This document shows, piece after piece, positions 23,001 through 33,600 of a stretch of DNA of 64,000 nucleotides. The stretch's first letter is position 1. The number at the start of each line of letters is the position of its first letter. Origin of the DNA: Mobula hypostoma (Eukaryota); assembly GCF_963921235.1 (NCBI RefSeq), contig NC_086097.1, positions 78,866,001-78,930,000 of the forward strand, in the 5' to 3' direction. The notes below the pieces were generated by a model. The model saw nothing but the letters and a program-made list of their open reading frames with translations. It was not told the DNA's origin and made no database searches. The translations under genes and the position numbers were made by a program.

Positions 23001-26000
23001 TGATTATATATGAAATTATGGCCTCTGAGCTTTCACTATTTAGAAATCCCAAAATTGTATTTAAATCTTAATGTCCTTGATTCAATAAACTTCACATGGA
23101 ACTACTTGGATCCTGAAACTGACCCCAAACAAATAAGAAAAAATTGTAATGATTGCTTTTCTTACTATCAGCTACATCCTGAAAAATTTTGGCATCCAGT
23201 ATTTCTCAATGAAAGAGGTGGATCAACTTGGAATACAGAAAGTAATGGAAAAAACACTTGATTATCTAGTTGGAAAGTAAGTTAAATAACTACTAAACAG
23301 AACAATATTGCTCACACTGACTGTCCAGCAATGATCAATGATTATTTGTACCCTTATTTTGGGTCATAAAAATAACTTCATGTAGCCACTTTCTCATGGA
23401 GGGGTTGGTAGGGAGATGTATCAGTTAATATCAGCAAAATTTTAATCTCCATTTTAGATAATAGAAACATAGAAAATAGGTGCAGGAGTAGGCCATTCGG
23501 CCCTTCGAGCCTGCACCGCCATTTATTATGATCATGGCTGATCATCCAACTCAGAACCCCACCCCAGCCTTCCCTCCATACCCCCTGACCCCCATAGCCA
23601 CAAGGGCCATATCTAACTCCCTCTTAAATATAGCCAATGAACTGGCCTCAACTGTTTCCTGTGGCAGAGAATTCCACAGATTCACCACTCTCTGTGTGAA
23701 GAAGTTTTTCCTAATCTCGGTCCTAAAAGGCTTCCCCTCTATCCTCAAACTGTGGCCCCTCGTTCTGGACTTCCCCAACATCAGAAACAATCTTCCTGCA
23801 TCTAGCCTGTCCAATCCCTTTAGGATCTTATATGTTTCAATCAGATCCCCCCTCAATCTTCTAAATTCCAACGAGTACAAGCCCAGTTCATCCAGTCTTT
23901 CTTCATATGAAAGTCCTGCCATCCCAGGAATCAATCTGGTGAACCTTCTTTGTATTCCCTCTATGGCAAAGATGTCTTTCCTCAGATTAGGGGACCAAAA
24001 CTGCACACAATACTCCAGGTGTGGTCTCACCAAGGCCTTGTACAACTGCAGTGGTACCTCCCTGCTCCTGTACTCGAATCCTCTCCCTATAAATGCCAGC
24101 ATACCATTCGCCTTTTTCACCGCCTGCTGTACCTGCATGCCCACTTTCAATGACTGGTGTATAATGACACCCAGGTCTCGTTGCACCTCCCCTTTTCCTA
24201 ATCGGCCACCATTCAGATAATAATCTGTTTTCCTATTTTTGCCACCAAAGTGGATAACTTCACATTTATCCACATTAAATAGCATCTGCCATGAATTTGC
24301 CCACTCACCCAACCTATCCAAGTCACCTTGCATCCTCTTAGCATCCTCCTCACAGCTAACACTGCCACCCAGCTTCGTGTCATCCGCAAACTTGGAGATG
24401 CTGCATTTAATTCCCTCATCCAAGTCATTAATATATATTGTAAACAACTGGGGTCCCAGCCCTGAGCCTTGCGGTACCCCACTAGTCACCGCCTGCCATT
24501 CTGAAAAGGTCCCGTTTATTCCCACTCTTTGCTTCCTGTCTGCTAACCAATTCTCCACCCACACCAATACCTTACCCCCAATACCGTGTGCTTTAAGTTT
24601 GCACACTAATCTCCTGTGTGGGACCTTGTCAAAAGCCTTTTGAAAATCCAAATATACCACATCCACTGGTTCTCCCCTATCCACTCTACTAGTTACATCC
24701 TCAAAAAATTCTATGAGATTCGTCAGACATGATTTTCCTTTCACAAATCCATGCTGATGATTTCACCGCTTTCCAAATGTGCTGTTATCACATCCTTGAT
24801 AATTGACTCCAGCAGTTTCCCCACCACCGACGTTAGGTCTATAATTCCCCGGTTTCTCTCTCCCTCCTTTTTTAAAAAGTGGAGTTACATTAGCCACCCT
24901 CCAATCCTCAGGAACTAGTCCAGAATCTAACGAGTTTTGCAAAATTATCACTAATGCATCCACTATTTCTTGGGCTACTTCCTTAAGCACTCTGGGATGC
25001 AGACCATCTGGCCCTGGGGATTTATCTGCCTTCAATCCCTTCAATTTACCTAACACCACTTCCCTACTGACATGTATTTCGCTCAGTTCCTCCATCTCAC
25101 TGGACCCTCTGTCCCCTACTATTTCTGGAAGATTATTTATGTCCTCCTTAGTGAAGACAGAACCAAAGTAATTATTCAATTGGTCTGCCATGTCCTTGCT
25201 CCCCATAATCAATTCACCTGTTTCTGTCTGCAAGGGACCTACATTTGTCTTTACCAGTCTTTTCCTTTCTACATATCTATAAAAGCTTTTACAGTCAGTT
25301 TTTATGTTCCCTGCCAGTTTTCTCTCATAATCTTTTTTCCCCTTCCTAATTAAGCCCTTTGTCCTCCTCTGCTGAACTCTGAATTTCTCCCAGTCCTCAG
25401 GTGAGCCACTTTCTCTGGCTAATTTGTATGCTTCTTCTTTGGAATTGATACTATCCCTAATTTCTCTTGTCAGCCACGGGTGCACTACCTTCCTTGATTT
25501 ATTCTTTTGCCAAACTGGGATGAACAATTGTTGTAGTTCATCCATGCAACCTTTAAATGCTTGCCATTGCATATCCACCGTCAATCCTTTAAGTGTCATT
25601 TGCCAGTCTATCTTAGCTAATTCACGTCTCATACCTTCAAAGTTACCCCTCTTTAAGTTCAGAACCTTTGTTTCTGAATTAACTATGTCACTCTCCATCT
25701 TAATGAAGAATTCCACCATATTATGGTCACTCTTACCCAAGGGGCCTCTCACGACAAGATCGCTAATTAACCCTTCCTCATTACTCAAAACCCAGTCCAG
25801 AATAGCCTGCTCTCTAGTTGGTTCCTCGACATGTTGGTTCAAAAAACCATCCCGCATACATTCCAAGAAATCCTCTTCCTCAGCACCTTTACCAATTTGG
25901 TTCACCCAATCTACATGTAGATTGAAGTCACCCATTATAACTGCTGTTCCTTTATTGCACACATTTCTAATTTCCTGTTTAATACCATCTCCGACCTCAC

Positions 26001-26905
26001 TACTACTGTTAGGTGGCCTGTACACAACTCCCACCAGCGTCTTCTGCCCCTTACTGTTACGCAGCTCTACCCATATCGATTCCACATCTTCCCGGCTTAT
26101 GTCCTTCCTTTCTATTGCATTAATCTCTTCTTTAACCAGCAACGCCACCCCACCTCCCCTTCCTTCATGTCTATCCCTCCTGAATATTGAATATCCCTGA
26201 ACGTTGAGCTCCCATCCCTGGTCACCCTGGAGCCATGTCTCTGTGATCCCAACTATATCATAATCATTAATAACAATCTGCACTTTCAATTCATCCACCT
26301 TATTACGAATGCTCCTTGCATTGACACATAAAGCCTGCAATAATGGGCTGCAATAACCTGCTTCATAGATCAGCTTGTAAATTAGACTTTTGAAATCTGA
26401 AAGTAAAGGTTGATTTATTTAATGGATAAACATAAATCTGAATCTAACCTTGTATGTTGCTTTATAGAAAGAAAAGACCATTGCACCTGAGTTTTGATGT
26501 CGATGCCATTGATCCATCTTTAGCTCCTGCTACTGGTACTCCAGTGATTGGAGGACTAACTTACAGGGAAGGAATGTATATTGCTGAAGAAGTGTACAAC
26601 TCTGGTATGAAACAATGTGTAGAAGCAACTGGTTGATTAGTGAAAGTCTTGCAGTTGTTCACTTGCATTGAAATGTGACACTTGTATCCATTGTTTCTCA
26701 TGCAGGAATGCTGTCTGCAATGGATCTGGTGGAAGTCAATCCTAATCTTGCAACTACAGATAAAGAACTTAATTCCACAGTAAACATCGCCGTGGATATT
26801 ATTTCCTTTTCTTTGGGACAGGCACGAGAAGGATCTCATGGCAAATGTGATGAAATACCAGCTCCTGATACAAGTGAAACAAGTGAACAGACCGTACGGC
26901 TTTAG
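7957..26905 (+). CDS. ARG2: Arginase-2 (mitochondrial), complete 8-exon gene, 353 aa
   Basis: Exons 7957-8073, 8256-8328, 20710-20884, 20988-21147, 21296-21390, 23172-23276, 26468-26604, 26706-26905, all GT-AG with consistent phases (1062 nt). Motifs [36 protein letters not shown]-terminal basic mitochondrial-type presequence [14 protein letters not shown]; adjacent to VTI1B as in other vertebrates. Confidence 0.97.
8256..8328 (+). CDS. ARG2: ARG2 exon 2
   Basis: tatag|[24 protein letters not shown](G)|gtgagt, 73 nt. Confidence 0.95.
10911..11291. repeat. Minisatellite, 74-bp unit, 5 full copies plus ~11 bp
   Basis: Unit CACATCTGCTTCCACCAGYACCCCTGCAGTGTGTTCCCGGTACCTCCCAGTATCTGTGTAAAACAMATGTCCCA starting at 10911, 10985, 11059, 11133, 11207, 11281. 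Confidence 0.95.
11864..11899 (-). ncRNA. Minimal type I hammerhead ribozyme in PLE pLTR, intact core
   Basis: Minus strand AGUC-CUGACGA-AGG GUCUCGG CCU-GAAA-C-GUC^GACU: stem I AGUC/GACU, conserved core, stem II, palindromic ACGU stem III. Confidence 0.8.
13685..13720 (+). ncRNA. Mutated PLE hammerhead copy
   Basis: AGTC CTGACAA AGGGTCTCGGCCT GAAAT GTC GACT; core G8>A and stem III C>T. Confidence 0.65.
17600..18230 (-). mobile_element. Old Rex1/Babar-like LINE 3' fragment
   Basis: Decayed match to the Rex1-type C-terminus ([22 protein letters not shown]); boundaries approximate. Confidence 0.55.
19440..19502. mobile_element. 63-bp Tc1-type MITE hairpin
   Basis: CAGTACTGTGCAAAAGTCTT ... AAGACTTTTGCACAGCACTG inverted termini, preceded by TA. 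Confidence 0.7.
20710..20884 (+). CDS. ARG2: ARG2 exon 3
   Basis: ttttcag|[12 protein letters not shown]...VMLGGDH(S)|gtaggt. Confidence 0.95.
20988..21147 (+). CDS. ARG2: ARG2 exon 4
   Basis: accag|[54 protein letters not shown]|gtaaaa. Confidence 0.96.
21296..21390 (+). CDS. ARG2: ARG2 exon 5
   Basis: tttag|[31 protein letters not shown](Y)|gtaag. Confidence 0.95.
21600..22760 (-). mobile_element. Old RTE-like LINE fragment in ARG2 intron 5
   Basis: Heavily decayed; RTE-type 3' end and RT-like remnant; assignment tentative. Confidence 0.4.
23172..23276 (+). CDS. ARG2: ARG2 exon 6
   Basis: atcag|[34 protein letters not shown](K)|gtaagt. Confidence 0.95.
23455..26337 (-). mobile_element. 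Young CR1 LINE, nearly complete ORF2 (APE endonuclease plus RT), in ARG2 intron 6
   Basis: ORFs of 525 aa (NARS, GITETWL, GDFN, SDH) and 397 aa ([19 protein letters not shown]); small deletions near 24757 and 24836; (TTCTATGT)n-type tail. Confidence 0.93.
26468..26604 (+). CDS. ARG2: ARG2 exon 7
   Basis: tatag|[45 protein letters not shown](G)|gtatga. Confidence 0.96.
26706..26905 (+). CDS. ARG2: ARG2 exon 8 (to stop)
   Basis: tgcag|[16 protein letters not shown]...EQTVRL-TAG. Confidence 0.95.
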
Positions 26906-27334
26906 AACTGACTGAAGACAAGCTGGCTGTTTGTATAAACCCAAAATTCAGAACTCTGAGAAAGTACTTTGGGGTATTTTGTGTAACTGCTGCCTTGCTC
27001 TACATTCTTTCTCATTGGGATTCTCTCATGAGGCATTGTTCTCAGACCATTGCCTAATATCTCAATTATCCACAGGTATTATGAACAACCTACAGCTCTG
27101 AGCTTTTCAAACATTCCAGTATGAATAGAATTGATTTCACTTCCCTATTCAACTGTGTAGAGAGAGAGGGAATTCTGGCAGGAAAAGTCAAATCTGTAAA
27201 GGCTCTGTTCTTGTGTAAAACTGATTAATACTACTTCCCAAAATCCTGGAGCATACCTTTTAATAACTTGTATGTTTTCCTCTCAACAGAAACTTGCGTT
27301 CAAGACCAATAGGACACGTTACATATCAAATGAC

Positions 27335-27343
27335 TTTATTAAA
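27335..27343. terminator. Overlapping poly(A) signals: AATAAA (- strand, VTI1B) and ATTAAA (+ strand, ARG2)
   Basis: TTTATTAAA lies between the two convergent stop codons (26905, 27592). Confidence 0.6.
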
Positions 27344-27591
27344 AGTTTATGCACATCGCTACAATGTAGTCATTGGCAGTAGCATTTAAAGAACTACTGA
27401 TTGAATGCAACTTTAAACTGCTTCACCTTTGTAAAAACAACTCCTGTAATGGGGTGGGTCTTGCAGTGAAGTCCTCTAAGCAAGTTAAATACATGAAAAT
27501 TGTTCATCGGTTTATGTAGTCCCATGTAGTTAAATCATCTTCAACTGTGAATCTCAAGCATTGCAGCCTATCTACGCATGCACAATTTGCG

Positions 27592-27688
27592 TCAGTGCTT
27601 GCGAAAGAACTTGAGGTATACAACGGTTCCAAGGATTGCCACTTCCAGAAGAATAATAATACCCAGTAGCAGTTTGTTTGTCATAATT
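27592..27688 (-). CDS. VTI1B: VTI1B exon 6 (TM anchor, to stop)
   Basis: ctag|IMTNKLLLGIIILLEVAILGTVVYLKFFRKH-TGA. Confidence 0.94.
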
Positions 27689-30600
27689 CTAGAGAGATCA
27701 AAACATCAACTTTTAGGCTTGCATTGAAAGAGTAAATTATTACCCTAGGTCAAATACTAGTTTTTGTAACAAGACTGAAGAACATTTCACATATTTATTC
27801 CAAGTTGTTCAATGATCCATCTAGCCTTAAAGTAGACAGCAATAATTTCTGATCTTTAAATTTTACGTGAGTGACTTTCTCTGGATGCCCATCAGAACAG
27901 ACTTGAGTAGTTTTTAGTTGGTTTTAAAATGCCTGCTTTACAACCAGTTTGTATGATAAGCTTTTCTTACCCAGCTTCCCTGAAACTAAGTGGGAAAAGG
28001 TGCACCTCTGTGTCTGAAGGACCAGCTTTGAAATCAATTCTTTAGAATCGAAATTTAACAATGTGTCAGCACTCAATTTATGCAGAGTACAGAAAAAAAT
28101 ATTTACTCTTCTATAATTGTTTATATATGGATAATACTGGCAGCAGAAAATATTCCTGGCTTTACTTTTTCCGCTGAAATTTATTAACAATTGAGTGGTG
28201 GAGGGGAGGGGTTTGCTTTGGAAAGTGTGAAGTACAAACTTGTCTGATGTAACAGTTGGCTGTTTGTCAAATTTCTGCACTCTTACCTTCTGGACATGGC
28301 GCGAAGTATTTTCCGACTCCGGCTTAAATTCTCACCTGTGTTAATTAGCTTCAGAACAGAAACAAAATTATTATCTTGCTCCTTTGTTTTTGTTCATAAT
28401 GCATACATTTTGAAATTTTCAGATGGGAGTATTTTCTATTCAGTTATTTCCCAAATAAATTTCGTACTTGCATACCTAATGAAGACTTACCCTGTCTTTT
28501 GAACGTTCCAGCTGTTCTCTTTGCTCTCCCAGTTCTTCAATTATTTCTGAACCTATCTGATCCGTCTCTGCCGCTATTTGATGTGAACGGTCTAGGCTCT
28601 GGCTGGCTCTGTTGAGGCTGTCTGAACCTTGCAACAGCAAAGCACGCTGAGAGGCTAAGTGATTCTGCAACAAAATGCAGTTGTTGGAACCTACTTTAAA
28701 AACTGTTAAAAAAAGGTTTTTCCAAAGTTAGGCATAGCCTAATGAAAAGGAACAGGAATTTTTGAAAAACCGAAGTTCAGTTTCACAAGATTTTGTCTAG
28801 AAGAACATACTCAATATTCAACCCAATCAATATACGCTATATGTTCAGTGGACCCATCCTCACATACTCCATTACGTTACTCTTTGATGGCTTTTATCAT
28901 ACTGCTATCATATTAAAACAAAATAATGAGAAGCTGAATAGATAAGCAAGTTGCCACCAATTTTAAAATGAATGACAAATGGACCCAGCTCCTCAACACG
29001 ATGCGAACTAACAGAATCTTAAGAGTCTCTGCAGATTGTTTGTGCAAATAAGTTAATCACAATGAAACAAAATATGACAGCTCATGATGCATCTAACACC
29101 AGCATCTTAGGGTGTCAAATGATCTATAATATTGTTAAATTACTGATGTCTACTAAATAAAGTAACATATAAAATATGTGCTACTGGCAAGGTAAAAGAT
29201 ACTGTAGAATAAATGGAATATTCCATATGGAATTCATTGTCAATAAACATACAATGCAAACAGACTTAATTTCAAGTCTCATACAATACTGTAGCTGCAG
29301 TACTTACACTTTGTTCATTTTCAGCCCTGTACACTGCATACTTGAAGTCACTACGTGCTCCATACCCAGAATCACTATTTCTTGCATCCCGCTGTAACTT
29401 GCTGACCTCTTTTCTGTACGATCGGATTTTGATATTCATCTGGTTACGATATGATAATGGTGCATTCCTTATTTCCTTCTCCATTCCATCCAACTAGGAA
29501 TGATGGGATCCAGGAATAAGAGTGCAAATTTACAAATGAGAACCAATATTTAGAAACAGGATTAACTTGGCAAACACTCGTGCAATAGCAACCAGCATAA
29601 CCATAACTTTTTTTAAAAAAAGACAAATCTCTTCACTACTTACTATTTCATTTGCTTCTTCAGCTTTTTCATCTATCTCCCGTAGAAATCTTTTCTTCAG
29701 TTCTGTATAATATAAAATAATTGTTAAAGCACTATTATAATAAGGTTGTAGCATGATCCAACTCTTACAAACCTATTATCACCATCAAACTCTATTCCAA
29801 CAAAAATCTTGAATTTCCTTTTACATTTTAACTCTGTTGATGCTATTGAGTTACTGGAGAAAGCAGAAACAAGGTGGTCTAAAATCTCTTAGTACAAGGT
29901 GCATATTGGGCAGTAACTTATTTACATTCTTAGACATTGATTACTACATTTTATCCGGTCTGCAGGTATTTATGATTGCAATATGAAATCTTTTAACTGG
30001 TACCACCTTTTGCAACTATAATGATAACACGTCACTGATAATTTCTAAATGCAATGGATTATCAATGGTAAATTACTGTACTTTGTATTCCCATTTAACC
30101 AGAGTAACTGCATCTAAAAAGGTGTTTAGCTGTGCCTGACCATACAGCTAGGAGTATGAGGATCAGTTTTATTTATCACATCTATATCAAAATGATGAAA
30201 TGTGTTGTTTTCAGTTGACCAGTGCAGTCCAAGGTTTGTGTTGGGGGCAGCCTGCAAGTGCTTACTTCTGGCAGCAACTCAGATTGCGTACACTCGCTAA
30301 CCCTAACTGCACGTCTTTGAAATGCGGGAGGGAACTCGAACACCTAGAGCAGGGATGGCCCACCTATGGCGTGTCCGTCAAAAGTGGTGCATTGGATGAT
30401 TAGAAATAGCGCATTGCACCCCAGTGATAATAAAAAAGTAAGCCTACTCATGCAAAAAGTATTAACCAAAAACCGATTTGCAGAAAATTATTTTTAGTGA
30501 TTTTATTATTTTGTGCACATCTTTTGGTGAATGTTATCTTCTTTCACATTAGTAATGTTTTCAATTTTTAAAAAAATGTTCAATGAGTCAAACTAGGAAA

Positions 30601-33600
30601 CTAATACTTTTTGCATGAGCAGGCTTACTTTTTTATCACTGGGGTGCAATGCGCTATTTCTAATCATCCAATGCACCACTTTTGACGGACACGCCATAGG
30701 TGGGCCATCCCTGCTCTAGGTGTTCGAGTTCCCTCCCGCATTTCAAAGACGTGCAGTTAGGGTTAGCGAGTTGTACGCAATCTGAGTTGCTGCCAGAAGT
30801 AAACTAGGAAAGGACCTTTGTTCTGCAGTCATTCCATAACTGTTCAATACATGTTTGATACTTGTTTGATCCTGAGGTGCCAGGCGTCTGCACTAGCAGG
30901 TTTTTGCCAGTCAGTTTACAATTGACACTCGTGCTACGGAGTTGTGCTTTGTTCGTCCTTTGTCAACATTTGCAGTTTTGTACTTGATCGAAAATTAAGC
31001 CTTGTTTTTACATTCAGTTACCCATCACAGTGCAAAAGAAAATGGGCAAAAGAAAAGCAGAAAGTGATCGTAAGCGTGAATTCAATGAACAGTGGGAAGA
31101 TGAGTTCTTATTTATAGCGAGTCCGTCAGGAAAACAGTTGTGCATTGTTTGTGAAAACACTTTCTCACATCATAGAAGACATGATCTTAATGGACACTAC
31201 AAAACACAACATCAGACTGAAATAGAAGGAAAACTGAAGCTAGTGCTTGGGTCTGAGTTACGGAAAGAATATGTGATTAGGAAAACGGAAGAAATCAAAA
31301 GACATATTTGTTAAGTCTCATTTGTAAGTAATGTTTATCTTGTTTTTATATTAAATCAAGATATGTAAAAATGCTAAATATGCCTATATTAACATTTTTA
31401 CAAGAATTGAATGGGGGTACAAGAGTATGGCACATCTGAACTCATGCGTGAAAAAATTGACATGGAATGTAAAAGGTTGGCCACCCCTGACCTAGAGGAA
31501 GCCCACGCAGCCACAGGAAGAACCTACAAACTCATTACAGGCAAGGGCGGAATCAAACCCTGATCAGTGATGGTTGGCGTTGTAAAGTGATTGCACTGAC
31601 TGCTATGCTACTATGCCATCCCGTGTACAGAGACAGTAGAGTAGTGGGCTAAGCACACATACTTGAGATGTGCCTATATTGACTGTCAGCTAGGAGATAG
31701 TACTACCAATCTGCACTGGCTGGTCTGATAAACCCAAGATACAGTTGCAGAGGGATGTAGAGAGGTCCAGATTTTCAAAGTAAATTTGTCAAAGTTACTC
31801 TATATACATTGAGAATCACTTTCTTTGAGGCACTTACAGGAAAAGAAATACAACAGAAGTTTACCCAAAAAAAACTACATAAACAAAGACTGACAAAAAC
31901 GAATGTGCAAAAGAAGGAAAATTGTGCCAATAAAAATACTGAACATCACACACAAAATGCTGGAGGAATTCAGCAGGTCTGGCAGCATCTATGGAGAGGA
32001 ATAAAGAGCTGACATTTCCGGCCGAGGGATCGACTCTATTCCTCTTCATGGATGCTGCCTGATCTGGGGAGTTCCTCCAGCATTTTGTGTGTGTTGCTCT
32101 AGATTTCCAACATCTGCAGAATCTTTTTGTGTTTATACTGCGAACAAGACTTGTAATGAGTCCTTGAAAGCGAGTCCCTTGGTCATAGAATCAGTTCAGA
32201 GTAATGGTGCATGATGTTATCCACGCTGGTTCAGGAGCCTGATTGTTGTAAGGTAATAACTGCTCATGAACCTGGTGGTGTGGGACCCAAGGCTTCTGTG
32301 ATTCTCAATGGGAAATGTACTCAATGGTGGCAAAAAAAAATGGCAGTGGCAGTAGATGGTGATGTTTCGCAGGAAATTCACAAAAAAAAAATTCCCATTC
32401 TGATATGTCTATCCACGGCCTCCTCTACTGTCAAGATGAAGCCACACTTAGGTTGGAGGAACAACACCTTGTATTCTGTCTGGGTAGCCTCCAACCTGAT
32501 GGCATGAACATTGACTTCTCTAACGTCCATTAATGTCCCACCTCCCCATCGTACCCCATCCGTTATTTATTTATTATTATCATTATATTTTTTTCTCCCT
32601 CTGTCCCTCTCACCCCTTGCCCATCCTGTGGGATTCCCCCTCCCCCTTTTCCTTCTCCCTAGGCCTCCTGTCCCATGATCCTTTCAAATCCCTTTTGCCA
32701 ATCAGCTTTCCAGCTCTTAGCTCCATCCCTCCCCCTCCTGTCTTCTCCTATCATTTTGGATCTCCCCCTCCCCCTCCCACTTTCAAATCTCTTACTAGCT
32801 CTTCCTTCAGTTAGTCCTGACGAAGGGTCTCGCCCCAAAACGTCGACTGTACCTCTTCCTAGAGATGCTGCCTGGCCTGCTGTGTTCACCAGCAACTTTG
32901 ATGTGTGTTGCCGGATATACATCTGAACTGTTACTGGAATTCCCAGCCCACAGTTACCTTTTAAGAAACACTTCTGTATCGTCTAAATGCATTAGTGATT
33001 TTAAAATCGGATGATGCTGAAGGATCTCAGGGATGCAGGTATGGCACCAGGAAACCATGGAATGGCCATGATTGTTCCAGGAAGTGTGGTTACTGGGAGT
33101 GGGGGAGGAGGGTGAAACTTAAGGCCAGACTGAAGTGGCAGGGAACATGGCCACCATTCCCTAGCATCGTCCTGGGCAACATAAACTCAGTGGCCACTTT
33201 ATTACATTCCTCCTGCAGGTTTCTGCTGATGTAGCTCATCTTCTTCAAGGTTCGATGTGTTTTCATTCTGAAGTGCTCTTCTGCACTCCACCATTGTAGC
33301 ACAAGGTTATTTGAGTTACTGTCACCTTGAATCAGTTTGGCCATTCTCCTTGGACCTCTCATTAACAAGGCATTTTCAACCACTGAACTGCTACTCACTG
33401 GATTTTTTTTGGTTTTTCATACCATCCTCTAAACTCTAGACTGTTGCATATGAAATCCCAGAAGATCAGCAGTTTCTGAGATACTCAAACTACCCTGTCT
33501 GGCACCAACAATCATTCCATGGTCAAAGTCACTTGGATTATATTTTTCCCCCCATTGTGATATCTGGCCTGAACAACAACTGAACTACTTGACCATGTCT

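Noticed and set aside
23528..26200. Plus-strand ORFs of 230, 134 and 258 aa
   Set aside because: Antisense shadows of the CR1 ORF2.
31030..31314. GTF2IRD2/ZBED domesticated gene
   Set aside because: Only the BED-finger fragment, inside TIRs with an 8-bp TSD.
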